Shown piece after piece: positions 8,711 through 17,689 of a stretch of DNA of 46,341 bases. The stretch comes from a virus (Duplodnaviria; Caudoviricetes), in the IMG/VR virus record IMGVR_UViG_3300016665_000445, positions 1-46,341 of that record; one strand, 5' to 3'. Made by a program: the position numbers and the translations under genes. The stretch's first letter is position 1; each line of letters begins with the position of its first letter. The notes under the pieces were generated by a model. That model saw nothing but the letters and a program-made list of their open reading frames with translations. It had not been told where the DNA came from and ran no database searches.

Positions 8711-9274
8711 TTAATAAAACGAAACTATTTCGTCAGCCACACCATATTTTACAGCTTCTTTAGCTGTAAGCCAAACATCTTCTGAAGGAAGAAGGTACTT
8801 TTTTACATCTTTTTCTGATAATCCTGTACATGATATATAATGATCTAACATTCTTTTAGATGAATTATCAAATTCTTTAACAGATGCCATCAATTCATGT
8901 TCTTTACCAAACGTTCCCCATGAAAATTGATGAGATAGAATAGATGTATTTTTAGTTATAAATCTTTTACCTCTTTCTCCAGAAATAAAAGTCATTAGTC
9001 CACAACTAGCAATACATCCCAATCCATATGTATAGATTGGGATGTTAGAACCTTTCATAGTATCTATTAGAGCAAATGCAGAACACATATCACCACCATA
9101 AGAATTAATAATCATTTTAATCATTTTAGGTTTATCATTAAACATTAAATTACGTTCTATGATAAATTTTATCGCATCACCAGTTGTAGATTGATCAAAA
9201 TCTTTATTAAAAAGATAATAATGATTTTCTTCTAATGTTGGTATGGATTTTTTTTCTTTTTTTTGCTCTATCAT
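8711..9274 (-). CDS. clpP: ClpP-like protease
   Basis: INSYGG, IASCG (Ser), ILSHQ (His), DVWLTAKEAVKYGVADEI. Confidence 0.9.
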   Translation of the reverse strand: MIEQKKEKKSIPTLEENHYYLFNKDFDQSTTGDAIKFIIERNLMFNDKPKMIKMIINSYGGDMCSAFALIDTMKGSNIPIYTYGLGCIASCGLMTFISGERGKRFITKNTSILSHQFSWGTFGKEHELMASVKEFDNSSKRMLDHYISCTGLSEKDVKKYLLPSEDVWLTAKEAVKYGVADEIVSFY

Positions 9275-9282
9275 TCAACTCC

Positions 9283-9846
9283 TTATATATATCTATAAGC
9301 AATTACAGAATTTTTAGAATATGTAGAAATACCTACTCTGCGTGAACTATTTCCTGAAATTAAAATAGGATTACCATTTTTATCATAACCTTTAACAATT
9401 CCAACGTGACCACCACCATTTCTACGTGTTACAGCAATACAATTAGTACATCCATATGATGCTGGTGAACCACGAGATACATAAGATACTGCCCTCCTGT
9501 CTTTACCTCCAACTAACATATTCATAAAATCAGCACACCAAAGTCTAGCAGGAAGTCCTAGTTGTGATGCAGTTGATCCTACAAATCCCATTGCTCTTGA
9601 AATAAGATCACCTGATCCAGAAGTATTTCTTACACTTTCTTGCTTGGTATTCTTATTATATTTATATTTCTTATTAGTAGCTTTCTTATTAACTACTTTT
9701 TTAGTATCATTATTTTCATCATTTTTTGAACTATTATATGAATAACTATAATCATTATCGAAGAAGTTATCCATTGTGGGTTTAGCTGATACTGGATTAG
9801 TTACAAAAAATGATAATAATAGTGCTCCTACAAAAATAGGTTTCAT
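9283..9846 (-). CDS. Secreted CHAP/NlpC-like peptidoglycan hydrolase candidate
   Basis: N-terminal signal peptide; WCADF (Cys), GGGHVGIV (His), ISGN. Confidence 0.75.
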   Translation of the reverse strand: MKPIFVGALLLSFFVTNPVSAKPTMDNFFDNDYSYSYNSSKNDENNDTKKVVNKKATNKKYKYNKNTKQESVRNTSGSGDLISRAMGFVGSTASQLGLPARLWCADFMNMLVGGKDRRAVSYVSRGSPASYGCTNCIAVTRRNGGGHVGIVKGYDKNGNPILISGNSSRRVGISTYSKNSVIAYRYI

Positions 9847-9873
9847 TTTTATTTTCCTTTTATTGTTTATACT

Positions 9874-10329
9874 TTATGCTATTTTAAGAAATTTGTCTGC
9901 AACACAAGATGCTGCCCAACTATCAGGTTTAATTAAAGGAATTATATTACATGTTCCTTTAACATATCCAATCGCCTGATCTACTATAAGGTTGGATACA
10001 TATTTCTTAGAAGGATTTAGGTCAAGGTGAACTTCAACATCTCTATCACCAAATGAATCTTCTAACTTGAGATATAACTCAGATACCTTAAATACTTCTT
10101 GCATTAATCTATATGTAGGTTTTCTTTTATCAGCGATATAATCTTTTTCAATTATCTTCTCACCAAAAACCTTACATCCATTTCTTCCATTATGATGGAT
10201 GACCACAACTAAATAATAATATATATACCATTGATCTTTAACATATCTAGTTTCTGAATCACAACCAAGATATATTTTACTATTTATACTTTCATTTTTT
10301 ATATATGATTTTACTTCTTCTAAATTCAT
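9874..10329 (-). CDS. RNase H-like YkuK-family protein
   Basis: IYLGCDS, RLMQEV, EVHLDLN, KPDSWAASCVAD. Confidence 0.8.
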   Translation of the reverse strand: MNLEEVKSYIKNESINSKIYLGCDSETRYVKDQWYIYYYLVVVIHHNGRNGCKVFGEKIIEKDYIADKRKPTYRLMQEVFKVSELYLKLEDSFGDRDVEVHLDLNPSKKYVSNLIVDQAIGYVKGTCNIIPLIKPDSWAASCVADKFLKIA

Positions 10330-10339
10330 GAATCACCAA

Positions 10340-10375
10340 AAAATTAAGCCCATGTAAATATTTATACATGGGCTT
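10340..10375 (-). terminator. Hairpin/terminator with an embedded late promoter
   Basis: 11-bp inverted repeat AAGCCCATGTA/TACATGGGCTT (10346-10375), then AATTTTTT on minus strand. Confidence 0.65.
10359..10366 (-). promoter_or_regulatory. T4-type late promoter TATAAATA
   Basis: Exact consensus, intergenic, about 30 nt upstream of the YkuK-like ATG. Confidence 0.7.
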
Positions 10376-10379
10376 TTAA

Positions 10380-10472
10380 TTATTTCTTTTTATTTAGTTT
10401 TCTTGCCCTTCGCTTTTTTGATCCTAACTTCCTACGTCCAGTACGTGGTCTATTTTTATGAGGGTGCGGCAT
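10380..10472 (-). CDS. Very basic 30-aa mini-protein (not in ORF track)
   Basis: MPHPHKNRPRTGRRKLGSKKRRARKLNKKK with AAGGA SD. Confidence 0.65.
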   Translation of the reverse strand: MPHPHKNRPRTGRRKLGSKKRRARKLNKKK

Positions 10473-10489
10473 TTTGTTTTATCCTTTTT

Positions 10490-10873
10490 TTATGAATAAA
10501 TTAAATTTGTTGCTAGATTAGCATCCCATATTTTTTTATAAGATTTGTCAGGATATTCGATATAAATATGATCTGGAAAAACTCTTACTTTTAGATTATT
10601 GCGATAAATGAAACAATCAAATTTACCTTCGCATCTATAAACGAAACCAGCATTTTCAATATACTTCATAACTTCTAATTTAGTTTGTTCATTTACTTCT
10701 TTATTAGAACGCATGTAAATAACAAGATTGAGGAAGTTAGTCCGTTCTTCAATAATACGCTGATTTACAATACGATCATCTACAGGTTCACGATGAACAA
10801 CAGTATACGCAACAGACCTAGAACAACCGGCTAACACAAGTGATACAAGACCAAGTAGAATTAGCTTTTTCAT
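10490..10873 (-). CDS. Putative lipoprotein
   Basis: MKK + hydrophobic stretch + LAGC lipobox. Confidence 0.7.
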   Translation of the reverse strand: MKKLILLGLVSLVLAGCSRSVAYTVVHREPVDDRIVNQRIIEERTNFLNLVIYMRSNKEVNEQTKLEVMKYIENAGFVYRCEGKFDCFIYRNNLKVRVFPDHIYIEYPDKSYKKIWDANLATNLIYS

Positions 10874-11157
10874 TTGTTCACCTCTAAACGATGTGGAATC
10901 TTAGTCACAAACACAATTTTACCATCACGCTCAATTGGAACTACATCGGAAGCCAAAAGAAATTGATTGTTAACCTTAATCATACAACCAGTGGCCCAAG
11001 AATATTTTGATTCTAATCCCATAACAGCAGCTTTACTATTACATGAAGTGCCTGAAAATTCATAGTACAATGATGTTAATGTTATTAACACTAATACTCC
11101 CATTAAAGTGACAAAAAGTGATCCTAAGACCAAAAATAGTCTATCAATCAAGTCCAT
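10870..11157 (-). CDS. Hypothetical membrane protein
   Basis: N-terminal TM helix; GGAGA SD. Confidence 0.6.
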   Translation of the reverse strand: MDLIDRLFLVLGSLFVTLMGVLVLITLTSLYYEFSGTSCNSKAAVMGLESKYSWATGCMIKVNNQFLLASDVVPIERDGKIVFVTKIPHRLEVNK

Positions 11158-11179
11158 AGTATTCTCCAGACTTTGTTAG

Positions 11180-11270
11180 TGGTACCAGTGCTTGGTTACG
11201 ATCCAAGTCAAGAACGCCCATCTAGCGCTAAAGGGTTTATAAGTCCCTCCCGTGTCCAACACCCACTGGT
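11180..11270 (-). tRNA. Atypical tRNA with UAU anticodon (Ile-like) and long variable arm
   Basis: Acceptor ACCAGTG/CACTGGT-A-CCA; anticodon loop CTTATAA; variable stem AGCGCT/GGCGTT; T-arm CTTGG-ATCGTAA-CCAAG. Confidence 0.75.
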
Positions 11271-11280
11271 TTATTCTGTG

Positions 11281-11309
11281 AATATAGAATGATCAGTATA
11301 TTATGTCAA
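11281..11309 (-). promoter_or_regulatory. Sigma70-type promoter for the tRNA(UAU)
   Basis: TTGACA-N17-TATATT ending 10 nt before the tRNA 5' end. Confidence 0.7.
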
Positions 11310-11794
11310 GGAGTTTTTTTGAGGATTGAAGATAAATCTGCTGGTGAATATAATTCAGATTTTAAAATTTTACCATCTTCTCTAAAGATTGGATTTCCAT
11401 CTTTATCAAGTTTAGACATATTTGATCTATGAACTTCTGCAAAACAATCATCAATAGGAATACCTAAAACATCTGCACAACCATATACTACATATAATAA
11501 ATCAGATAATTCTTTTGCAATTTTTTCAATTGATGTTGCATTTTCTAATTCATACATAACTTCATCATATTCTTCTTTAATTAATTTCATACGAAGAACA
11601 ATTTCTTCGTATGTTTCTTCAGGAAGAATACGTTCAGTTAAATCTACAGGAGTATCTGCTACTTTTTTCTGAAAGACTTTATGAAACTGTTGAACTTTTT
11701 GAAAATTTGTAAGTTTATTCATAAGCATATCCAATTTAGATTCTAATTCACACGATTTAGCTAACCAATATGATTCATCTGACATATCAATCAA
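11306..11794 (-). CDS. MazG-like all-alpha NTP pyrophosphohydrolase
   Basis: LIKEEYDE, KELSDLLYVVYG, EVHRSNMSK, REDGKILK. Confidence 0.85.
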   Translation of the reverse strand: MIDMSDESYWLAKSCELESKLDMLMNKLTNFQKVQQFHKVFQKKVADTPVDLTERILPEETYEEIVLRMKLIKEEYDEVMYELENATSIEKIAKELSDLLYVVYGCADVLGIPIDDCFAEVHRSNMSKLDKDGNPIFREDGKILKSELYSPADLSSILKKTP

Positions 11795-11994
11795 TCCTTA
11801 ATATATCTGTTGGGTAATCCTAAGTCAATAGGTTTTTTCATGGTAGATTCAATTATATCTTCAACTTCAGAAATAGAAATTAAATTACAATCAATCATCA
11901 AATTAAGAACATCAACAGGATATAATAATTGTTTATATTTCATCCAAACAACAATTTTTTCTGCTAATTGTTTAGTTTCTGAAGTTGCAGTCAT
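11791..11994 (-). CDS. Hypothetical protein
   Basis: 67-aa ORF with ATGA overlaps. Confidence 0.5.
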   Translation of the reverse strand: MTATSETKQLAEKIVVWMKYKQLLYPVDVLNLMIDCNLISISEVEDIIESTMKKPIDLGLPNRYIKD

Positions 11995-12377
11995 TTCAAA
12001 TGAGATTTCCTTATTTTACATTGAACCCATGAATTATAAAAATTTTCATTTATAATACAATCTCTTGTTAGGATTTCTTTAGTTTCCCAATAAGATAACC
12101 AGCCTTTAGATTTATGTAAATGTAAAATAGTTTTATTGATAATATCGCCTTTTTTAATATCATTATTTAACTCTTCGTTAGAACCTGTATAGTTTATCCA
12201 ATCGGAAGAAACTCTTGTCTTTTTTTTCTTTTTATTTTTTTGTATAATTTTAGATTTAGTAAATAATTTTTTACCAACATATTGTTTTTGATTTGATAGA
12301 TTGGTGATAATATATACAAACCCAATGTTATCACCAATCATATCTTCTGTAAATTCTTTATTATCATATAACCACAT
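11991..12377 (-). CDS. Stand-alone GIY-YIG-like nuclease
   Basis: GFVYIITN...QYVGKK, YTGS, conserved E, FYN. Confidence 0.75.
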   Translation of the reverse strand: MWLYDNKEFTEDMIGDNIGFVYIITNLSNQKQYVGKKLFTKSKIIQKNKKKKKTRVSSDWINYTGSNEELNNDIKKGDIINKTILHLHKSKGWLSYWETKEILTRDCIINENFYNSWVQCKIRKSHLK

Positions 12378-12418
12378 AATACTAGCATCCTATATTATCT
12401 CAGATGCTAGTATTTATG
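12375..12418 (-). promoter_or_regulatory. Late promoter (CATAAATA) overlapping an RBS/AUG-sequestering hairpin
   Basis: 12-bp inverted repeat AATACTAGCATC/GATGCTAGTATT; CATAAATA at 12411-12418. Confidence 0.75.
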
Positions 12419-12422
12419 TTAC

Positions 12423-12659
12423 TTAACAACCACCATTTTCATTTTCATAATCATCATTTTCAGGAGGATACATAGAATAGAAAATTTCATCAAAGGCATT
12501 ATCTGTACCTGTACATTCATATAATGTATCACAATCATAATTTTCGAATGATGAAATAAGAACTTCATATACTTTCATTCTAGCTTCTTCATCTAAATCA
12601 GTTTCATTAAGATTTTCAATAATATCAGACATCAATCCTGATCCTGTAGCCCATCCCAT
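12423..12659 (-). CDS. Acidic hypothetical protein
   Basis: MGWATGS start, GAGG SD. Confidence 0.6.
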   Translation of the reverse strand: MGWATGSGLMSDIIENLNETDLDEEARMKVYEVLISSFENYDCDTLYECTGTDNAFDEIFYSMYPPENDDYENENGGC

Positions 12660-12671
12660 TTTTTGTACCTC

Positions 12672-12947
12672 CTATTCTACAACAATTCCAAATTCTAACA
12701 ATTTTTCATTAATCATATCAAAATGGTTTTCATAATGTTTTACAAACAAATTTTTGATATATTCAAAAGTTTCTTCATCATCAAATTTTAATCTATATCC
12801 ACAGAAAGAAACTTCAGAATCATCTTCTTTAGTAATATTTGAAATATATTTCAAATTATAAAATAATTCTTCTCTTTTATTAATATAATATACTAAATCT
12901 TTAGCTTGAATTTGATCAATAATCACATTACTTTCACTTTGATTCAT
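12672..12947 (-). CDS. Hypothetical protein
   Basis: 91-aa ORF with AGGAG SD. Confidence 0.55.
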   Translation of the reverse strand: MNQSESNVIIDQIQAKDLVYYINKREELFYNLKYISNITKEDDSEVSFCGYRLKFDDEETFEYIKNLFVKHYENHFDMINEKLLEFGIVVE

Positions 12948-13578
12948 AATTATCTCCTATATTTAAATTATAAATGTAATTATCATCTGTTTCTATTTTT
13001 CTTTTGTTTTCGACTGAATATATATTTGTATCTATTTTATATCCTGGATTTGAATTAATTCTATTTTTCAACCATGCATCATCATACCATATTATTCTAT
13101 TATTTGGATAACAATAAAAATTACCATTATTCATTTTAAAAAAATGTCCACATTTATGTTCTGGTGTTTCTGAAAAATTAGTATCTAATATAGATTTATT
13201 TTCCCATGACCAATCTAAAGTAAACATATAAGTACCTTCTTCTTTTTTATTAGAAGGAGTTATTAATTCTGCTTTTAGTCCTGCTAATCTACTTCTTATT
13301 TGTACATCTATATATGGGGAAAAACAATCCCAATACATAGATTCTTCTAAAGGAATTATAGGGGCTTCTTTTTTCCAACAAAAAGCAGTTATAGGTCGCC
13401 TAGTCCAATTTACTCCATTTTCAAGAAACGCTTCAAATAAAGGAACTCTTTTTTCTATAGATGCTACAGAATGGACATCAGCGAGAGTAAACTCGCCGTG
13501 TCCTTTTTCGTGATTATACAAATACTCATTTCTGATGAAACAAGTAAATGTAGGAAGATTATGATTAAGATATGCCAT
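12934..13578 (-). CDS. Conserved hypothetical phage protein
   Basis: Likely start MAYLNHNLP just after nrdJ stop; WDCFS, YMFTLDW, EHKC, YPNNRI motifs. Confidence 0.65.
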   Translation of the reverse strand: MAYLNHNLPTFTCFIRNEYLYNHEKGHGEFTLADVHSVASIEKRVPLFEAFLENGVNWTRRPITAFCWKKEAPIIPLEESMYWDCFSPYIDVQIRSRLAGLKAELITPSNKKEEGTYMFTLDWSWENKSILDTNFSETPEHKCGHFFKMNNGNFYCYPNNRIIWYDDAWLKNRINSNPGYKIDTNIYSVENKRKIETDDNYIYNLNIGDNYESK

Positions 13579-13580
13579 TA

Positions 13581-15473
13581 TTAAATTTCGCAAGCTCCTG
13601 CAACACAAGCTAGAGTTTGAGCACCTTCACCATTATCTTCGTTTTCAACAAGTCCTGACCAATCAATATCTTTTGGTGTTACAGATAACAATTTTTCATA
13701 TTCATCTTTAGATACAGTTTCATATGGTGCTTGTCTATATGATCCACCATCCCATGGTAAGAATGATACACCAGACATTTCATCGAAATGATTCCATACC
13801 CATGCACCTACAGAAGGCCATTCCTCTTCTTTTACTGATATAGTAACAGATGGTTTATGTTCACACCAGTGACGTTGATAAGCAATCCATAATTCAAGAT
13901 GGTCAATAGCAGAGATATCAGACCTTACCAATCCACCATCAGGTGCTCTTTTTGGAAAAGTAAATACTGTAGTTGACTCTGGTTTAGTTACATCTGGTTC
14001 ATGCATTACACCTTTATCAATAAGATATTTTGTAATAGGATCTTTATTGTCTGATCTTACTCTTCTAAAATAATAAGGATCATGACGTGGATGAATTCCA
14101 GAAGCAGTATCTGTTAATTGTGATACTGTTCCTGATGGTTTTACGCATGTAATAGCAGTAGAGTGAGGAATACCAATCTTTTCTGCATATACTTTATTAG
14201 TTTCTATAGCTTCATTTTTTAGATTAGTTAAACGTTCAGATAATGATTCATCTTTATAATTATTCAAGAGAGTAGAATCATAAATCCCTGTTAATGATAC
14301 ACCTAGCAACCTTTCTTCTTCTGTATTCTTTTGCCATATTTTACGAAGATATGGAAAATTAGTTAAAGTAGATTGAATAGTACCAAGAATAGTTGCATAT
14401 CTAACTTTTCTCAATAGATCTTGATCAGTATCTTCTGCACGAACAATAACTTCTGTAAGATTACAGAATTGGTATGGTCTAAGAATAATTTCGGAGCATG
14501 GATTAGTACCAAATTCTTGATTAAAATCCCTACGTCCTGATTTTTTAGCTACTTTTTGAGAAGCTGCTCTAGAGAAAATACCACGTTCACCAGATTTAGA
14601 TTCATACAGGGAGAGCCATTCTTGCATGAATAATCCAACTTCAGGTTTCTCTGTATATACTGCTGAATTATTTGACAATGCACGTTGAACATTTGCTTCC
14701 CACCATGCACCAGCTTTAGCATTCCTCATACGATCATCTGAAAGATTAGATAGAGAAATCATAGCAGATCGTCTTACACCACCTACAACTACAATTTCAC
14801 CAATCTTACACATAATATCGTGACACTCAAGAGATGTCAATTTCCTACCTTGAGCATTTTTGAAAATTTTAACAACAAATTTAAATAGATCATCTAATGG
14901 ACCAGGACCTGATGATCTACCTCCAAATGTTTTTAATGGTACTCCAGCAGCACGTAATTTTGATAAATCCCATTTAGGCAATTCACCAGAATATAATAAT
15001 GCTAATAACATACGAAAAGATTTAGCCCATCCTTCTTTAGAATCTTTTACTACTATAACAGTATCTGAATCATAAATCTTTTCTGGAATTTCTGGTAATT
15101 TATTAATGTATTGTCTTTCTACTGAGAATCCAACACCAGTACCACACATAAGGATAAACATAGCTTCATCGAATGCTTTAGGATCATCGATAGGAAGATA
15201 TGAACAATTATATCCCGCAGTATTATCACGGTCTAATGCTTTACCAGCAGTCATCATAGCCCTCATAGAGGGCATAATTTCCATATTAAAGATAGCTGAT
15301 CTAATTTCTTCAAATAATTTATCATCTTTAAAATTATATTTTTCATCTACGTGATTTTTAATATAATCAACATAACGATCTACTGTTTCACTCCAATGTT
15401 CACGACGATTTTTATCGGGAAGAAAACGGGCATAACGTGATTTGTGAATATACTGTTGATATACATCGTGCAT
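13581..15473 (-). CDS. nrdJ: Class II (adenosylcobalamin-dependent) ribonucleotide reductase
   Basis: YNCS, GTNPCSEI, FCNLTE, TCVKPSGTVS, C-terminal CVAGACEI; no adjacent nrdB. Confidence 0.92.
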   Translation of the reverse strand: MHDVYQQYIHKSRYARFLPDKNRREHWSETVDRYVDYIKNHVDEKYNFKDDKLFEEIRSAIFNMEIMPSMRAMMTAGKALDRDNTAGYNCSYLPIDDPKAFDEAMFILMCGTGVGFSVERQYINKLPEIPEKIYDSDTVIVVKDSKEGWAKSFRMLLALLYSGELPKWDLSKLRAAGVPLKTFGGRSSGPGPLDDLFKFVVKIFKNAQGRKLTSLECHDIMCKIGEIVVVGGVRRSAMISLSNLSDDRMRNAKAGAWWEANVQRALSNNSAVYTEKPEVGLFMQEWLSLYESKSGERGIFSRAASQKVAKKSGRRDFNQEFGTNPCSEIILRPYQFCNLTEVIVRAEDTDQDLLRKVRYATILGTIQSTLTNFPYLRKIWQKNTEEERLLGVSLTGIYDSTLLNNYKDESLSERLTNLKNEAIETNKVYAEKIGIPHSTAITCVKPSGTVSQLTDTASGIHPRHDPYYFRRVRSDNKDPITKYLIDKGVMHEPDVTKPESTTVFTFPKRAPDGGLVRSDISAIDHLELWIAYQRHWCEHKPSVTISVKEEEWPSVGAWVWNHFDEMSGVSFLPWDGGSYRQAPYETVSKDEYEKLLSVTPKDIDWSGLVENEDNGEGAQTLACVAGACEI

Positions 15474-16204
15474 TATTTACCTCTTTTATCTGACTCTAAA
15501 GTGTTAATCTCTTCAATTAATTCATTAAGTAATGGTTCTGAAATAGATTTTAGAAAAGAAAATTCTTTAACTAAAATATTCCAACATTTTTTAGCTATAT
15601 CTTGATGTTCTTTTTGTGTTCCATTGCCCATACGTAATAGACAATAATGAATCCATGAACGTAATGTACCGTTCATATATAATCTGGATATAATCAATCC
15701 TTCAGGTAATATAGCACGTGCTTGTTCTTTTGCAATACCATTTTCCATTGCCCACTTATAAGCAATTTTTACTTCATGTGCTATTTGTGATTGTTTTGCT
15801 ACCCAAGATTTATATAATTTTTCATCTTCTGTTTCAATAGAATTTTGTCTGTTTTTAGTATCTTGTAATCTAGTTTCACGTAATACAAACCCTAATTGTG
15901 TAGGATCAGCATATCTTTGACTGAATTCTTGAAATGAAAATGATCTATGTCTCAAAATTTGCCTAGCTATATCTCGTGTAGTTTCTACTTCCATAACTAC
16001 ATTGACCATTTCAAATGGAGACCAATGCTTATGTACAATTAAATACTTTAATAGTTTTTCGGATGTGTTATATTTAGTTTGGTTCTCCGGATTAGATACC
16101 CTAGCACAATATGATATTAAATTTTCTGCTGTGCTATCTTTTACAAATTCAGATGAGATAGGATTAGTTAATCCTATCAACTTAACTTTTTGATAATCAA
16201 ACAT
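15473..16204 (-). CDS. thyX: Flavin-dependent thymidylate synthase
   Basis: HWSPFE, RHRSFSFQEFSQRY, KEQARAILP, QKEH. Confidence 0.96.
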   Translation of the reverse strand: MFDYQKVKLIGLTNPISSEFVKDSTAENLISYCARVSNPENQTKYNTSEKLLKYLIVHKHWSPFEMVNVVMEVETTRDIARQILRHRSFSFQEFSQRYADPTQLGFVLRETRLQDTKNRQNSIETEDEKLYKSWVAKQSQIAHEVKIAYKWAMENGIAKEQARAILPEGLIISRLYMNGTLRSWIHYCLLRMGNGTQKEHQDIAKKCWNILVKEFSFLKSISEPLLNELIEEINTLESDKRGK

Positions 16205-16216
16205 ATTTCACCTCAT

Positions 16217-16681
16217 TTATATATTGATAAATACTGCTTTATCTATAGGAACTACAAAAAAATATTCTCCCTCTTTAACAAATTTATTTTTTACCTCTTT
16301 AAGTGGACACTCTAATATATCTTTAGATTTTAATAATAATGCTCTATCCCATTCATGATTAAGCATACACATAACAGTTGGTTTTTCTAAATTAAAATAT
16401 TTTTTCTTTCTTGATAAAATATAAATATCAGGAAAATTAAAAATATAACCCTTCCAGTTATTCTTTACCTCTACTTCACAGAAAAAATAATCATTTGTTG
16501 TATTTACAATTAAATCTACACCATGAATGTTAGGATTTTCTATTGCAGAGAACCCTAATCTACTATAATAATCAATAACTTTATATTTTGCTTTATCGTA
16601 AATTTTATGTGAACTAGAATCAAATTTTTTTGTTATACTTTTTATACCATTCACTTGAATATAATTCATATTTTTTTCCAT
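16217..16681 (-). CDS. PD-(D/E)XK nuclease-like protein
   Basis: GVDLIV...CEVEVK motif. Confidence 0.55.
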   Translation of the reverse strand: MEKNMNYIQVNGIKSITKKFDSSSHKIYDKAKYKVIDYYSRLGFSAIENPNIHGVDLIVNTTNDYFFCEVEVKNNWKGYIFNFPDIYILSRKKKYFNLEKPTVMCMLNHEWDRALLLKSKDILECPLKEVKNKFVKEGEYFFVVPIDKAVFINI

Positions 16682-17685
16682 TTATTAAGAGCTAATTTAG
16701 CTGATAAATCTTTATATGTATTTTGTTTAATAATATAAGATATAAATTCGGATGATAATCCAGATAAAATCATTTCATTAATATCTTTATGAACTATATT
16801 ATTTGGCCAAATACAAACAGAATATCCATTAAATATAGCTTTATCAATTTTGTCAATAGTTTCTTTTGATCTTGGTTCATTATCATATACAATGACAATG
16901 TTATTTTTATCATAACCTTTAAGGGATGATACTAAGTCTCCTCCTGCTGTAGCAATCGAATTATTTATAAACATAGAATCAATTGGTCCCTCAAATACAT
17001 AAACTCTATCATTAAAATTTACTGTATCTAATCCATAAATTTTAGGTAATTCATCATCTAATATAATAGTAATATATTTTGTATTTGAAGTAGTTTTTAA
17101 TGATCTTCCTTGAAGAGCATGAACGTCTTTATTAGGTGATATAAAAGGAATGAGTAACCTCATCTCATCATATTTTATTGCAGTTTCAGAAAATTTATTA
17201 GGAATAATACTATTAATATGATGCATGAATTTAGGACATGCAAACAATTTTGCATGATAAGGATTTGGTATCTTACGTGATTCTACAAGTTTTTTAATAG
17301 GATGATCTGAAGATAATTGTGATACCTTCCTTAATCCCTTTAATGCATTGGAATGCATGTATTTTGGTTTAATAAATTTTTTATTAAACTCTTCAAACTC
17401 TAACTCCTCTTTACTCTTATTACCTCTAATATGTTCTAAAACCATTTCTCTGTACAAAGAGTAGTCTATATTTTTGATAAAATTAGCTAATGACATAGAT
17501 GCATTACAGTTATGACAAAAGAATATATAACCACCTTTTTGGAAATAAATATATCCTCTAGCTTTATTTTTTTTATGTTTAGAATCTCCGCATATAGGGC
17601 ATGAGAAATTATAAACATTATCTGATTTACGTTTAAAGTTAGCTAATCTATTAGACAACGAGTTAATATATTTCACATCAGTCAT
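16666..17685 (-). CDS. gp61: DNA primase (T4 gp61-like)
   Basis: CPICGDS...CHNC zinc finger, QGR, EGPIDSMF, YDNEPR, KDINEM. Confidence 0.95.
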   Translation of the reverse strand: MTDVKYINSLSNRLANFKRKSDNVYNFSCPICGDSKHKKNKARGYIYFQKGGYIFFCHNCNASMSLANFIKNIDYSLYREMVLEHIRGNKSKEELEFEEFNKKFIKPKYMHSNALKGLRKVSQLSSDHPIKKLVESRKIPNPYHAKLFACPKFMHHINSIIPNKFSETAIKYDEMRLLIPFISPNKDVHALQGRSLKTTSNTKYITIILDDELPKIYGLDTVNFNDRVYVFEGPIDSMFINNSIATAGGDLVSSLKGYDKNNIVIVYDNEPRSKETIDKIDKAIFNGYSVCIWPNNIVHKDINEMILSGLSSEFISYIIKQNTYKDLSAKLALNKWKKI

Positions 17686-17689
17686 TATA

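Noticed and set aside
11991-12377. Mobile homing endonuclease element
   Set aside because: Catalytic domain only, with no intron context and no DNA-binding tail.
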